Virus record (IMG/VR): IMGVR_UViG_3300042342_000377
Coordinates: 1-30,870 of that record
DNA from: a virus
Taxonomy: Duplodnaviria; Caudoviricetes
Length of the DNA: 30,870 bases
Strand: one strand, 5' to 3'
The notes under the pieces: generated by a model
Database searches by the model: none
Told to the model about the DNA's origin: nothing
Seen by the model: the letters and a program-made list of their open reading frames with translations, nothing else
In this document: positions 19,937-28,865 of the stretch, in pieces
Position numbering within the stretch: the stretch's first letter is position 1
How the letters are laid out: every line of letters begins with the position of its first letter
Translations under genes and position numbers: made by a program

Positions 19937-20745
19937 TGGCTAGAAGCGGTAATTATCAGATAACAGGAAATGAACTCCAGGCGATGGTGAATGAGAATTT
20001 GATTGGGTTAAGACCGGGTCAAACCATTCCTGCTATCAATCGATGTTTAACTCGTGCTGAAGTTGCTAGTAAAGTATATGCTAGAACAGGTCCTCAAGAC
20101 CCATATTTTCCATCTATTCCTTCTACAAGTTGGGATATAGGTGGTGGTATTTATCAAGTTGGATCAAGTCCCTATCTTACATGTAATTGGAATTATATAA
20201 GTCCCTTACCAACCCAAAATTCAATATTATTTGAAATGGATCAAGTAGGAGGAGTTGATTATCTAAATGTAGATTTATTTGGACAGGTTAATGGAACTTC
20301 ATTAGTATTAGATCCAAATAATAGTCCTCCTTTAAATGGTTTGTTTTTTGGAGGACCACAATATTCTCCTCAAATGAATGCTAATGTTTGGGTAGGAAGT
20401 ACCCTATCTATTCAAGCTAATTTTGGTAGAAATACTATTGAAACAGCTCCATCAAACTGGGGATGGCAACGTGATGGATATGGATTTTTAGAAATAACTG
20501 CAAATGGTACATTAATTTATAACCAATCTTTATGGAAACCTGAATCTCACTCTGCTAACCTTGCATCATTATCTTATACTTTTACTGTTCAAGCAAATAC
20601 AGACTACTACATTAAAGCATACTCAGTAATAGGATACCTATATGACCTATGTTATAGTTCAGATTCACCAAGTATTGCTTGTATAGCGGCTAATAACACA
20701 CAAACAGGAAATTGTGCTTGTTGTAACGGAGGAGGAGGTTGTTAA
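19936..20745 (+). CDS. Fibre-associated protein with Cys-rich C-terminus (269 aa)
   Basis: TAATG overlap with fibre 3 suggests translational coupling; beta-rich; ends CYSSDSPSIAC...NCACCNGGGGC. Confidence 0.65.
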   Translation: MARSGNYQITGNELQAMVNENLIGLRPGQTIPAINRCLTRAEVASKVYARTGPQDPYFPSIPSTSWDIGGGIYQVGSSPYLTCNWNYISPLPTQNSILFEMDQVGGVDYLNVDLFGQVNGTSLVLDPNNSPPLNGLFFGGPQYSPQMNANVWVGSTLSIQANFGRNTIETAPSNWGWQRDGYGFLEITANGTLIYNQSLWKPESHSANLASLSYTFTVQANTDYYIKAYSVIGYLYDLCYSSDSPSIACIAANNTQTGNCACCNGGGGC

Positions 20746-20760
20746 AATAAAAATAAAATT

Positions 20761-21159
20761 ATGGCTACACAGTGTTTATCTTTTAATAGTACTTGCTCTA
20801 CACTAATATATGGATGTTATCTGTATACAGATGATAAGAAAACAGTTCCTGTAAGTACTGGTTGGGTATCTGATGGAACTAACGTATATTCCATTAACTC
20901 ATCTGGCATGATTACAGCGGTAACAGCTTGTTCTAGTTGTCAAGCAGATGAAACATATATTGAATCATTTTGTACTGGAACGACTTTATATTATACCTAT
21001 GCAGATGGTAATTGTGGAACTTATAATACATTAATAGAATCCAATTCAGCGACTTGTGGATATGAATCGTGGCCTTACTATTGTGAGTGTGGTGGTGGTT
21101 GTGGGGGATCTGTAGACCCATGTTACTATAGTGGGTGTTTTGATTGTTCCCCAGCTTAA
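20761..21159 (+). CDS. Cys-rich hypothetical protein (132 aa, 14 Cys)
   Basis: A-rich leader; 14 Cys counted in the translation; no signal peptide evident. Confidence 0.7.
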   Translation: MATQCLSFNSTCSTLIYGCYLYTDDKKTVPVSTGWVSDGTNVYSINSSGMITAVTACSSCQADETYIESFCTGTTLYYTYADGNCGTYNTLIESNSATCGYESWPYYCECGGGCGGSVDPCYYSGCFDCSPA

Positions 21160-21177
21160 TATATAAAATAAAAATTT

Positions 21178-21408
21178 ATGATAAATTATTACAAAGGAAA
21201 ACAAATTTACTTATTAGTAGACAGTGAAACTAAAAAAGTAATTACATTAGTAAACGAACCAATTGAGTGCTTCATGCGTGTTATTGCACCAGCCCCATTT
21301 TATGATAAAATAGCTGATGATTTAACTAACAATGTTATTGAAACATCAACAGAAGAAGTATTTAACGCGGTTCGCCAAGAAGTAGAAACTCGTCTTTCTT
21401 CTTTATAA
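21178..21408 (+). CDS. Hypothetical 76-aa protein, paralogue of 6473..6706
   Basis: MINYY start and S-T-E-E-V-F-N near the C-terminus. Confidence 0.75.
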   Translation: MINYYKGKQIYLLVDSETKKVITLVNEPIECFMRVIAPAPFYDKIADDLTNNVIETSTEEVFNAVRQEVETRLSSL

Positions 21409-21433
21409 GATTGCGGTTTTTGGACTTTGTTAT

Positions 21434-21442
21434 ATATTTATA
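21434..21442 (+). promoter_or_regulatory. ATATTTATA motif, putative late promoter
   Basis: Begins 30 nt before ATG 21464. Confidence 0.6.
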
Positions 21443-21463
21443 TACGAACAAAAAAATTTAATT

Positions 21464-21694
21464 ATGTTAATTATTATCGTAGGTTTATTAATCGCAGCTA
21501 CTATTACTTACTTCTTAATGAAAAAGGGTAAAATTGCTGACGCTAACAACAACAACATTCCTGATGCAATTGAATCAAAAATCGAATCAATTAAAGAAGT
21601 TGTTAAAGAAGTAAAAGAAGTCGTAAAAGAAGCTAAAGCAAAGGCTCCCAAAAAACAAGCAGCAGCTCCAAAGAAAAAAACAAATATTAAATAA
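21464..21694 (+). CDS. Small single-pass membrane protein
   Basis: Hydrophobic N-terminus MLIIIVGLLIAATITYFLM followed by KKGK, a DANNNNIPD loop, KEV repeats and a Lys/Ala-rich tail. Confidence 0.7.
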   Translation: MLIIIVGLLIAATITYFLMKKGKIADANNNNIPDAIESKIESIKEVVKEVKEVVKEAKAKAPKKQAAAPKKKTNIK

Positions 21695-21708
21695 TAAGAA
21701 AGAAAGTT

Positions 21709-22179
21709 ATGGAAAAAATTAGTCTAAAATTATTCGAGTTTTTAAATCTCGAAGCTGAAATTAATGGTTTAGTAAACCAACAAACAGGCGAAGCAATTTC
21801 TAAGGGTTTATTAGGTGAAAAACTTAATATGATCACTAAGTATTGGATCACTGATTTAAATAAAAGATTGACTTCTGAAAAAGAATCAATTAATAAACTT
21901 CGTGATGAATTAATTATGAAGTATGGTTCAACAGACGAAAACGGTGGTTACCAACTGTCTCCATCTACTAAAGTAGAAGATGGTGTCGACGAAGAAGGTA
22001 ATCCAAAATTCAAAGCAGAACCGAATCAAGATTTCTTTGAATTTCAAAAGGAATACAACGACTTATTAAGTCAAGAAAGAGAGTTAGAATATAAACCTTT
22101 CAACATCAGCGATTTCGCTCATGTAGAAACAGAAGGCAACTATCAAACATTCTTTCAATTGATTAAAGTTGAAGACTAA
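21709..22179 (+). CDS. Hypothetical acidic/helical protein (156 aa)
   Basis: Clean ORF followed by a terminator; no motif I can assign with confidence. Confidence 0.75.
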   Translation: MEKISLKLFEFLNLEAEINGLVNQQTGEAISKGLLGEKLNMITKYWITDLNKRLTSEKESINKLRDELIMKYGSTDENGGYQLSPSTKVEDGVDEEGNPKFKAEPNQDFFEFQKEYNDLLSQERELEYKPFNISDFAHVETEGNYQTFFQLIKVED

Positions 22180-22195
22180 TCCCTCTATATAAAAC

Positions 22196-22229
22196 GAAGA
22201 AATAGCCTCTAATTCAGGGGCTTTTCTTC
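22196..22229 (+). terminator. Probable intrinsic terminator
   Basis: AGCCTCT, AATTC loop, AGGGGCT followed by TTTCTTC; flanking GAAGAA/TTCTTC can extend the stem. Confidence 0.6.
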
Positions 22230-22244
22230 ATTAAGTCAAGTTGT

Positions 22245-22472
22245 ATGAATAAGTTAGTAGAAATAGGTAAAGCCTGGATAGCAGCGGAAAATCCATCCCC
22301 AGAACAAAAAGCAAAAGCTGAATATCGTTTAGCAGTGTGTGATGGTTGTGAACATAAAACACACCAAGACATAATGAAATTTTGGTATTGCAATGCTTGT
22401 GGATGTCCATTAGCTAAAAAGGTATTTAGTCCAATTAAAGAAAGCTGTCCTAAAAATAAATGGGAACAATAA
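22245..22472 (+). CDS. Small putative metal-binding protein (75 aa)
   Basis: RLAVCDGC...CNACGCPL...K...CPKNKW, six Cys in CxxC-type clusters. Confidence 0.7.
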   Translation: MNKLVEIGKAWIAAENPSPEQKAKAEYRLAVCDGCEHKTHQDIMKFWYCNACGCPLAKKVFSPIKESCPKNKWEQ

Positions 22473-22473
22473 T

Positions 22474-22737
22474 ATGAATAAGAAATTAACAGAACAGGAA
22501 TTAGCAGAACTCATCGCAATGCGCGAACAATATTCAGATACAATATTTGAAATTGGGCAGTTACAATATAACAAACACGAATTAGAAGATCAATTAAAAC
22601 TAATGGATCAGGAATTAACGGAGCTATACGCGGATATAAGATCAGCCGAAACGCGCCAGAATGAATTCCTTATTAAGGTTCGTGAAACTTATGGGGAAGG
22701 AACTTTAGATGTACAAACTGGTGAGATCCTAGCGTAA
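22474..22737 (+). CDS. Hypothetical coiled-coil protein (87 aa)
   Basis: Helical, E/Q/L-rich; C-terminal YGEGTLDVQTGE. Confidence 0.7.
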   Translation: MNKKLTEQELAELIAMREQYSDTIFEIGQLQYNKHELEDQLKLMDQELTELYADIRSAETRQNEFLIKVRETYGEGTLDVQTGEILA

Positions 22738-22763
22738 GGCTAGGCGGTTACGTATTTCTCCGA

Positions 22764-22771
22764 ATATTTAT
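22764..22771 (+). promoter_or_regulatory. ATATTTAT motif, putative late promoter
   Basis: Begins 46 nt before the sheath ATG 22810. Confidence 0.5.
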
Positions 22772-22809
22772 TGTCAGAACAATTCAAATCAATTTAACTA
22801 AAAAATACT

Positions 22810-24522
22810 ATGGCAGAAAAAATTATCTCTCCTGGCGTTTTCACTCGCGAAAACGATAAGAGTTTAGTACAAAGAGGTATTCAAGAAGTTGGAGCTGCTA
22901 TTGTTGGACCTACAGTTAAAGGTAATCCTTTAGCACCAACATTAGTGACATCTTATAGTGAATATTTATCAGTTTTTGGTGATATATTTAAGAGTGGTAG
23001 TAACTACTATGAATATTTTACTTCATTAGCTGCTAAAGAGTACTTCAACAACGGTGGAAACTCATTACTAGTAACAAAAATCATCAGTGGTTCTTCTTAT
23101 AACACTTATGCAAGTTCATCAGTATCAACTGCAACATCAGGTACAGCGTCTTTCGTATTAGAATCAACTTATTGGGGCGATATCGCAAACAATAGTGGTT
23201 CTGAAGTATCAGGTGCTTTAGCAAATGGTACAACAGAGAATGTACGTTGGGAAGTAACTAATGTAAGTGCTACAAAAGGTACATTTACATTATTAGTTCG
23301 TCGTGGTGATGACAATACAAACAACAAAAATGTTTTAGAATCTTTCTCAAACTTGTCATTAGATCCATCTCAACCAAACTACATTTCTCGTGTAATTGGT
23401 GATGCAAAACCTGTTTACAATAGTTCAAAAGGCTTAGTAGAAATTTCAGGTAGCTTCCAAGGTGGTTCTTCATATGTTCGTGTTAAATCAGTAACTAATA
23501 CTATCGATTCAATCGATAATAACGGAAACTACAAAACTTCAACATATAGTGGATCTTTACCAACATCAGCTAGTGGTTCATTCAGTGGTGGTGTTGCTGC
23601 AACAAACAGAGCTGCTTCATTCTTTGAAGCAAACGATACTGCAGCTACAGATTGTCAAGGATTTGCTGCTGCTGATTATGCAGCTGCTTTAACTTTATTA
23701 TCAAATAAAGATGATTATAGCTTTAACTTATTATTAGTTCCTGGTGCAACATTAGGTACTAGCGCTTTAAGTTCAATCTCAGATGACGTAATTGCAGTGT
23801 GTGAAGGTAGAGGTGATTCAATGGCAATTATCGATACTACAGCATACGGTGCTAACGTAGCTGCTGCTGTTACAGCTTCTGCTGCTAATGGTTCAAGTTA
23901 CGGAGCTGCTTATTACCCTTGGGTACAATTATTCAGTTCTAACTTAGGTAAGGCTGTATGGTGTCCTCCATCAGTAGTAATGGGTGGTGTATTCGCATTC
24001 AACGATCAAGTTGGTGCTGAATGGTTCGCTCCAGCAGGTTTAAACCGCGGTGGAATTGGATCAGTATTACGTGCTGAAAGAAGATTATCTCAAGAAGATC
24101 GTGATAACTTATATGATACAAATGTTAACCCACTAGCTTCATTCCCTGGAGAAGGTGTTGTAGCGTTTGGTCAAAAGACATTACAAAAGAAGTCAACTTC
24201 ATTAGATAGAATCAATGTTCGTCGTTTATTAATCACATTAAAAGGTTTCTTAGGTCAAGTAGGTCGTTCATTAGTATTTGAACAAAATACAGCAGCTACA
24301 AGAAACAGATTCATGAGTATAGCTAATCCTTACTTAGAATCAGTAGTACAACGTCAAGGTTTGTATGCTTACAAAGTGGTAATGGATGATTCAAATAATA
24401 CACCGGATGTAATCGATAGAAACCAATTAGTTGGTCAAATCTTTTTACAACCAAGCAAAACAGCAGAATTCATTGTGTTGGATTTCACAGTATTACCAAC
24501 TGGGGCAACATTCCCAGCGTAA
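22810..24522 (+). CDS. Contractile tail sheath protein
   Basis: SPGVFTREND N-terminus; YYPWV, PPS, WFAPAGLNRG, NVNPL, GQKTLQ, DRINVRRLL, FEQN and P.KTAEFI are hallmark sheath motifs. Confidence 0.96.
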   Translation: MAEKIISPGVFTRENDKSLVQRGIQEVGAAIVGPTVKGNPLAPTLVTSYSEYLSVFGDIFKSGSNYYEYFTSLAAKEYFNNGGNSLLVTKIISGSSYNTYASSSVSTATSGTASFVLESTYWGDIANNSGSEVSGALANGTTENVRWEVTNVSATKGTFTLLVRRGDDNTNNKNVLESFSNLSLDPSQPNYISRVIGDAKPVYNSSKGLVEISGSFQGGSSYVRVKSVTNTIDSIDNNGNYKTSTYSGSLPTSASGSFSGGVAATNRAASFFEANDTAATDCQGFAAADYAAALTLLSNKDDYSFNLLLVPGATLGTSALSSISDDVIAVCEGRGDSMAIIDTTAYGANVAAAVTASAANGSSYGAAYYPWVQLFSSNLGKAVWCPPSVVMGGVFAFNDQVGAEWFAPAGLNRGGIGSVLRAERRLSQEDRDNLYDTNVNPLASFPGEGVVAFGQKTLQKKSTSLDRINVRRLLITLKGFLGQVGRSLVFEQNTAATRNRFMSIANPYLESVVQRQGLYAYKVVMDDSNNTPDVIDRNQLVGQIFLQPSKTAEFIVLDFTVLPTGATFPA

Positions 24523-24537
24523 GAGTTATAAACAATA

Positions 24538-24545
24538 ATATTTAT
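24538..24545 (+). promoter_or_regulatory. ATATTTAT motif, putative late promoter
   Basis: Begins 31 nt before the tube ATG 24569. Confidence 0.55.
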
Positions 24546-24568
24546 TAATAGACAAAATTTAACATAAA

Positions 24569-25054
24569 ATGGCTGTATTAGATGCAAACCAAATAATGTT
24601 CACCGCTTTCGAACCAAAGGTGCAAAACCGTTTCATCATGTATGTAGATGGTATCCCAGCATATTTGATCAAGAAAGCAGCGTCTCCTCAGTTTGACGCA
24701 GGTGAAATCATCTTAGATCACATTAACGTTTACCGTAAAGTAAAAGGTAAAGTTAAGTGGCAAGACATGACTTTAGAATTATATGACCCAATCACTCCGA
24801 GCGGTGCTCAAGCAGTAATGGAATGGGCTCGTTTGGCTCACGAATCAGTAACTGGCCGTGATGGTTATTCTGATTTTTATAAAAAAGATTTAGTACTAAA
24901 CGTATTAGGCCCAGTAGGTGACATAGTTAGCGAATGGGTAATCAAAGGTGCATATGTAAAAACTGCAAACTTTGGTGAATACGATTGGTCTAGTGAAGCA
25001 GCAGTTAACTTATCAGTTACTATTGCTATGGATTATTGTGTATTGAATTTCTAA
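24569..25054 (+). CDS. Tail tube protein (T4 gp19-like)
   Basis: 161 aa directly after the sheath; EPKVQNRF, GKVKWQDMTL, YKKDLVL...W...GA...FGEYDW pattern. Confidence 0.9.
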   Translation: MAVLDANQIMFTAFEPKVQNRFIMYVDGIPAYLIKKAASPQFDAGEIILDHINVYRKVKGKVKWQDMTLELYDPITPSGAQAVMEWARLAHESVTGRDGYSDFYKKDLVLNVLGPVGDIVSEWVIKGAYVKTANFGEYDWSSEAAVNLSVTIAMDYCVLNF

Positions 25055-25077
25055 TTCCCTTCATATTTCTTTTCCTT

Positions 25078-25111
25078 AAGGCGTCTGCTTATGCAGACGT
25101 CTTTCTTTTTT
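25078..25111 (+). terminator. Intrinsic terminator after tail tube
   Basis: AAGGCGTCTGC, TTAT loop, GCAGACGTCTT followed by TCTTTTTT. Confidence 0.8.
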
Positions 25112-25113
25112 GT

Positions 25114-25122
25114 ATATTTATA
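25114..25122 (+). promoter_or_regulatory. ATATTTATA motif, putative late promoter
   Basis: Immediately after the terminator; begins 31 nt before ATG 25145. Confidence 0.6.
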
Positions 25123-25144
25123 TATACACAAATAAAAATGTTAT

Positions 25145-25897
25145 ATGAGCGAATTTAAAATGCCTACCGAAACGATTTCGTTACCTTCAAAAGGCTTATT
25201 GTATCCAAAAGAATCACCATTATCCACAGGTGAAATTGAAATGAAGTATATGACCGCTAAGGAAGAAGATATTCTTACCAACGCTAACTACATCAAAGAT
25301 GGTTCTGTACTTAACCGAATAATGCAGTCATTAATTGTGTCAACAGTTAATTTTAATGACATATTAGTGTGCGATAAAAACGCAATTCTGTTAGGTGCTC
25401 GTATCTTGGGATACGGTGCTGAATACCCATTTAGATATTTTAATCCGTCTACAGGCGCTGAAGAAACAATCACAGTTGATTTATCAACATTGAAAGAAAA
25501 AAAAGTTGATTATTCATTGTTTGAAGAAGGTAAAAATGAATTTGAATTTACAATGCCATTATCAGGAAACGCAGTGACGTTTAAATTATTAACGCACGGT
25601 GATGAGCAAGCAATCGATGCTGAAATTAAAGGTTTAAAGAAAATTACACCACAAGCTTCATTCGAGATTACAACTCGTTTAAAATATATTATTACATCAA
25701 TCAACGGTAAGAGAGAATTAGCATCAATTCGTGATTTTGTTGATAATGGTTTAACAGCAAAAGACGCTAGAGCGTTACGTGAATATTATGCCGAAATCCA
25801 ACCAGATGTTGATATGACTTATTATCCTGAAGGTGCAGAGGAGGGCATTTCAGTTCCAGTAGGGATTAACTTTTTTTGGCCTGACTCAGGAAGATAG
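25145..25897 (+). CDS. Baseplate hub / tail assembly chaperone (T4 gp26-like)
   Basis: LPSKG...MTAKEEDIL...D...ILL..R...YG pattern; lies between tube and tape measure; ends INFFWPDSGR. Confidence 0.7.
   Translation: MSEFKMPTETISLPSKGLLYPKESPLSTGEIEMKYMTAKEEDILTNANYIKDGSVLNRIMQSLIVSTVNFNDILVCDKNAILLGARILGYGAEYPFRYFNPSTGAEETITVDLSTLKEKKVDYSLFEEGKNEFEFTMPLSGNAVTFKLLTHGDEQAIDAEIKGLKKITPQASFEITTRLKYIITSINGKRELASIRDFVDNGLTAKDARALREYYAEIQPDVDMTYYPEGAEEGISVPVGINFFWPDSGR
25871..25877 (+). other. Candidate programmed frameshift site (TTTTTTT)
   Basis: T7 run encoding FF near the 3' end of 25145..25897. The +1 frame is open from 25863 into ORF 25902; the -1 frame stops at TGA 25882. Confidence 0.6.
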
Positions 25898-25901
25898 ACC
25901 T

Positions 25902-26150
25902 ATGGTATTTGGCCAAATCCACGAAATAGTATTTCATGGAAAAGGTGGATACGATTGGAATACGGTGTATAACATGCCAATATGGTTACGTCGATTTACG
26001 TTCCAAAAGATAAAAAAGTTTTATGAAGATGAAAATGAAGCTGTTGAAAAGCAAAATAAACAGATGGAAAACAAATCAAATTCATCATCAAAACCATTAA
26101 CCCCAAACGTATCACAACCTACATACTCAACGAGAGCGCCTAAGAAATAG
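25902..26150 (+). CDS. Second tail-assembly chaperone segment (gp51/gpT-like), probably a frameshift extension
   Basis: YDWNTVYNMPIWLRRF motif; frame extends upstream as FFGLTQEDRP; lacks the A-rich leader seen on most other genes. Confidence 0.65.
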   Translation: MVFGQIHEIVFHGKGGYDWNTVYNMPIWLRRFTFQKIKKFYEDENEAVEKQNKQMENKSNSSSKPLTPNVSQPTYSTRAPKK

Positions 26151-26158
26151 GCGCTTTC
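26132..26158 (+). terminator. Stem-loop overlapping the stop codon, probable terminator
   Basis: AGAGCGCCTA, AGAAA loop, TAGGCGCTTT. Confidence 0.6.
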
Positions 26159-26159
26159 A

Positions 26160-26168
26160 ATATTTATA
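26160..26168 (+). promoter_or_regulatory. ATATTTATA motif, putative late promoter
   Basis: Directly after the hairpin; begins 29 nt before ATG 26189. Confidence 0.6.
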
Positions 26169-26188
26169 TGGGTAATTAAAACACAGTA

Positions 26189-28861
26189 ATGGCGGATACT
26201 ACACCAATATCAGCAGCAGAAGCAGCGGAATTAGTCAAATTGATGAAAGAATTAAGAGATATTACTATCTCTGATGCTAAAGCCTTTGAAAAATTGGTTG
26301 GAGGTGCTACTGAATTTAGAAAAGAATTAGGTTCATTAAGAAATGAACAAAAGAATCTCAACTCAGATATTAATACTTTTTATGAAATATTAAAAAGAAG
26401 TCTTACTGAAATAAGTAAAACAAAAAACGCCACTAGAGATACTAGCAAATCTTTTGAAAAATTAAGTAGTATTGCCTCTAAATTAAAATATGATCAGGAC
26501 GGTATTTCAACTCTTACTAAAAAACAATTACAAACTAGTCTTGAAACACTAAAACAAGAACAAAGAAATTTAGAGCTTAGTAGAAAAATTAACGTTGAAC
26601 GTTTATCTGAAGTTAAAAGTGCTTTAAAAAATCAAGATATATCTGCTAAAAAAAGAGCATCATTAAATGCCGAGAAAAAATTATTAGAAGATAATATTAG
26701 AACAAGTAGCGGATTTTTAAGAAATCAAGAATTAGGTTATCAAAATTTAGAAAAAGCAGTAAAGGATAGATTAAAGGAAGAAGAAAGAATTCAATCTACT
26801 TTAGGTATATCTGGAAAAATAGTAGATGGTCTTGTTGGCGCTCTAGGTAAATTAGGTATTAGTAGTACTTTCTTTGAGAATTTAAAGGAAGATATGAGAG
26901 AGGTTGCTAAAACTGGCTCTAAATGGAGTGTATTAATGACGGGGATGAAGGGAGTAGCTTCTGGAGTAGGAGAAGCATTAAAAGATCCTGTTACACAATT
27001 AACTATATTGTTAAAAATTGCTAATTTCTTCTTTAAAGCTGCTTTAAATGCAAATGCACAAGCAGTTGAATTAGGGAAACAATTAGGATATGGAACTCAA
27101 AGAGCAGATGCCTTTAGAGAAAAGATGGTAGCTATAGAAAGCTCATCTAATAATTTAAATGTCACTACTGCCAGTTTAACTCAAGCATTTGGAGAGTTAG
27201 CTAAAGCAACAGGGTTTGCTTATGAATTTTCAGCAGACCAACTTACAACTCAAATTAAATTAACTAAACAAGTTGGTTTACAAGCAGATGAAGCCGCACA
27301 AGTTCAAAGATATGCTGCGTTATCGGGTAAATCATCTGAAGAAACTTATAGATCATTTGTTAGAGGTTTAACAACAGCAAGAAATCAACTTAGAGTTGGT
27401 ATTGATTTTAAAGCAACCTTAGCTGAGGCTGTTAAAGTATCGGGTCAGTTAGCTGCTAATTTAGGGTATAATCCTGAACGTATAGCTAAGGCTGTAGTGG
27501 CTATGAAAGCATTAGGTACTACATTAGAAGATACCAAATCACAAGCAGATTCATTATTAAATTTTGAATCATCTATTGAAAATGAATTAAAAGCAGAATT
27601 ATTAACAGGTCAAGCAATAAATCTAGAAAGAGCTAGAGCATTAGCTTTACAGGGTGATATGGCAGGTGTGGCTCAAGAATTAGCTAACCAAGGTATGACT
27701 GCTGCTAAGTTCTCTAAAATGAACGTATTAGCACAAAATGCATACTCTCAAGCTTTAGGAACAACATCAGATAAATTATCTGAACAATTAAGAAAAAGAG
27801 AAGAAGCAGTTAAATCTGGTAAATCTTTAGCTCAAATAAATGAAGAAGAAGCAGCACAAGCTCTTGAAAGACAAAGTGTTCAAGATAAGTTTAATGCTGC
27901 TGTAGAAAAATTACAAAGCTTATTTGGTAATTTAATGGCTGGCCCTTTAGGTTCATTCTTAGATTTATTAAGTGGTGGTTTAGGCATCATTAATAAAATG
28001 ATACCTGCTTTAAAAATAATTGGTGGTCTTTATGCACTTATTAAAGGTTATCAACTAACATCAAATATTTTATCTACTTCAGCTTTAGCTGCAGGTAGAG
28101 CCAATTATGCTATAAAAGCAACTCAAATGGGAACTGAGGCTTTTATAACACGTGAAAAAGCTACTCAAAACTTGATGGACAAACAAGGATTAGGAGCTAG
28201 AATAGTATATAATGCACAGTTATTAGCTGGATTGTTATGGGAGCAAGGTATAGCAGGTATTAAAACATTTGCCGCTACTTTAGATGAAAAAAGCCTTGCT
28301 AGAAAAGTTATAATGGGTACTTATGATGCCGCTGCAGTTGTGGCAGCTAGAGCTAAAGCAGCTATAACTTTTCTTCAAACTACTTATGAAAAGGTTTCTC
28401 TTGCTCTTAAACAACGAGGATTATTATTAACAATTCGAGAAGCATGGAAAAGTATAGCAGGAGCGGCTATGTCAGCATTTGAATCAGCGGCAAAAATACC
28501 AATTATAGGATGGGTATTAGGTGCAGCCGCAGCTGGTGGTGCTATTGCTTTAGGTGCTAGTCTAATGAGCAAAGGTGATGACGTTATGTCTGGTGGGGAT
28601 GGGTATGGTAAACGTACTTTACTTGCACCAGAAGGAGCCATCAGATTAAATAATAAAGACACAGTAATTGCTGGCACTGATTTAGGTGGTGGTAGTGGAG
28701 GTGGAGGAGGTGTAAACATCGATTTATCACCAGTAGTATCAGTTCTTACTGAAATTAGAGCAGGTATTGATGCATTACTTAATAAAGAAGGCATAGTGAT
28801 GATGGACAGCGTGCAGGTAGGTACAACACAAAACATGAACGGCCGTTATAAAACAGCCTAA
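26189..28861 (+). CDS. Tape measure protein (890 aa)
   Basis: Long helical Ala/Leu/Lys-rich protein after tube and chaperones; hydrophobic Gly/Ala-rich segments near the C-terminus (IPIIGWVLGAAAAGGAIALG). Confidence 0.85.
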   Translation: MADTTPISAAEAAELVKLMKELRDITISDAKAFEKLVGGATEFRKELGSLRNEQKNLNSDINTFYEILKRSLTEISKTKNATRDTSKSFEKLSSIASKLKYDQDGISTLTKKQLQTSLETLKQEQRNLELSRKINVERLSEVKSALKNQDISAKKRASLNAEKKLLEDNIRTSSGFLRNQELGYQNLEKAVKDRLKEEERIQSTLGISGKIVDGLVGALGKLGISSTFFENLKEDMREVAKTGSKWSVLMTGMKGVASGVGEALKDPVTQLTILLKIANFFFKAALNANAQAVELGKQLGYGTQRADAFREKMVAIESSSNNLNVTTASLTQAFGELAKATGFAYEFSADQLTTQIKLTKQVGLQADEAAQVQRYAALSGKSSEETYRSFVRGLTTARNQLRVGIDFKATLAEAVKVSGQLAANLGYNPERIAKAVVAMKALGTTLEDTKSQADSLLNFESSIENELKAELLTGQAINLERARALALQGDMAGVAQELANQGMTAAKFSKMNVLAQNAYSQALGTTSDKLSEQLRKREEAVKSGKSLAQINEEEAAQALERQSVQDKFNAAVEKLQSLFGNLMAGPLGSFLDLLSGGLGIINKMIPALKIIGGLYALIKGYQLTSNILSTSALAAGRANYAIKATQMGTEAFITREKATQNLMDKQGLGARIVYNAQLLAGLLWEQGIAGIKTFAATLDEKSLARKVIMGTYDAAAVVAARAKAAITFLQTTYEKVSLALKQRGLLLTIREAWKSIAGAAMSAFESAAKIPIIGWVLGAAAAGGAIALGASLMSKGDDVMSGGDGYGKRTLLAPEGAIRLNNKDTVIAGTDLGGGSGGGGGVNIDLSPVVSVLTEIRAGIDALLNKEGIVMMDSVQVGTTQNMNGRYKTA

Positions 28862-28865
28862 TCAA

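Noticed and set aside
28384-28836. 150-aa antisense ORF within the tape measure gene
   Set aside because: Fully nested opposite a well-supported gene, with no recognisable motif.
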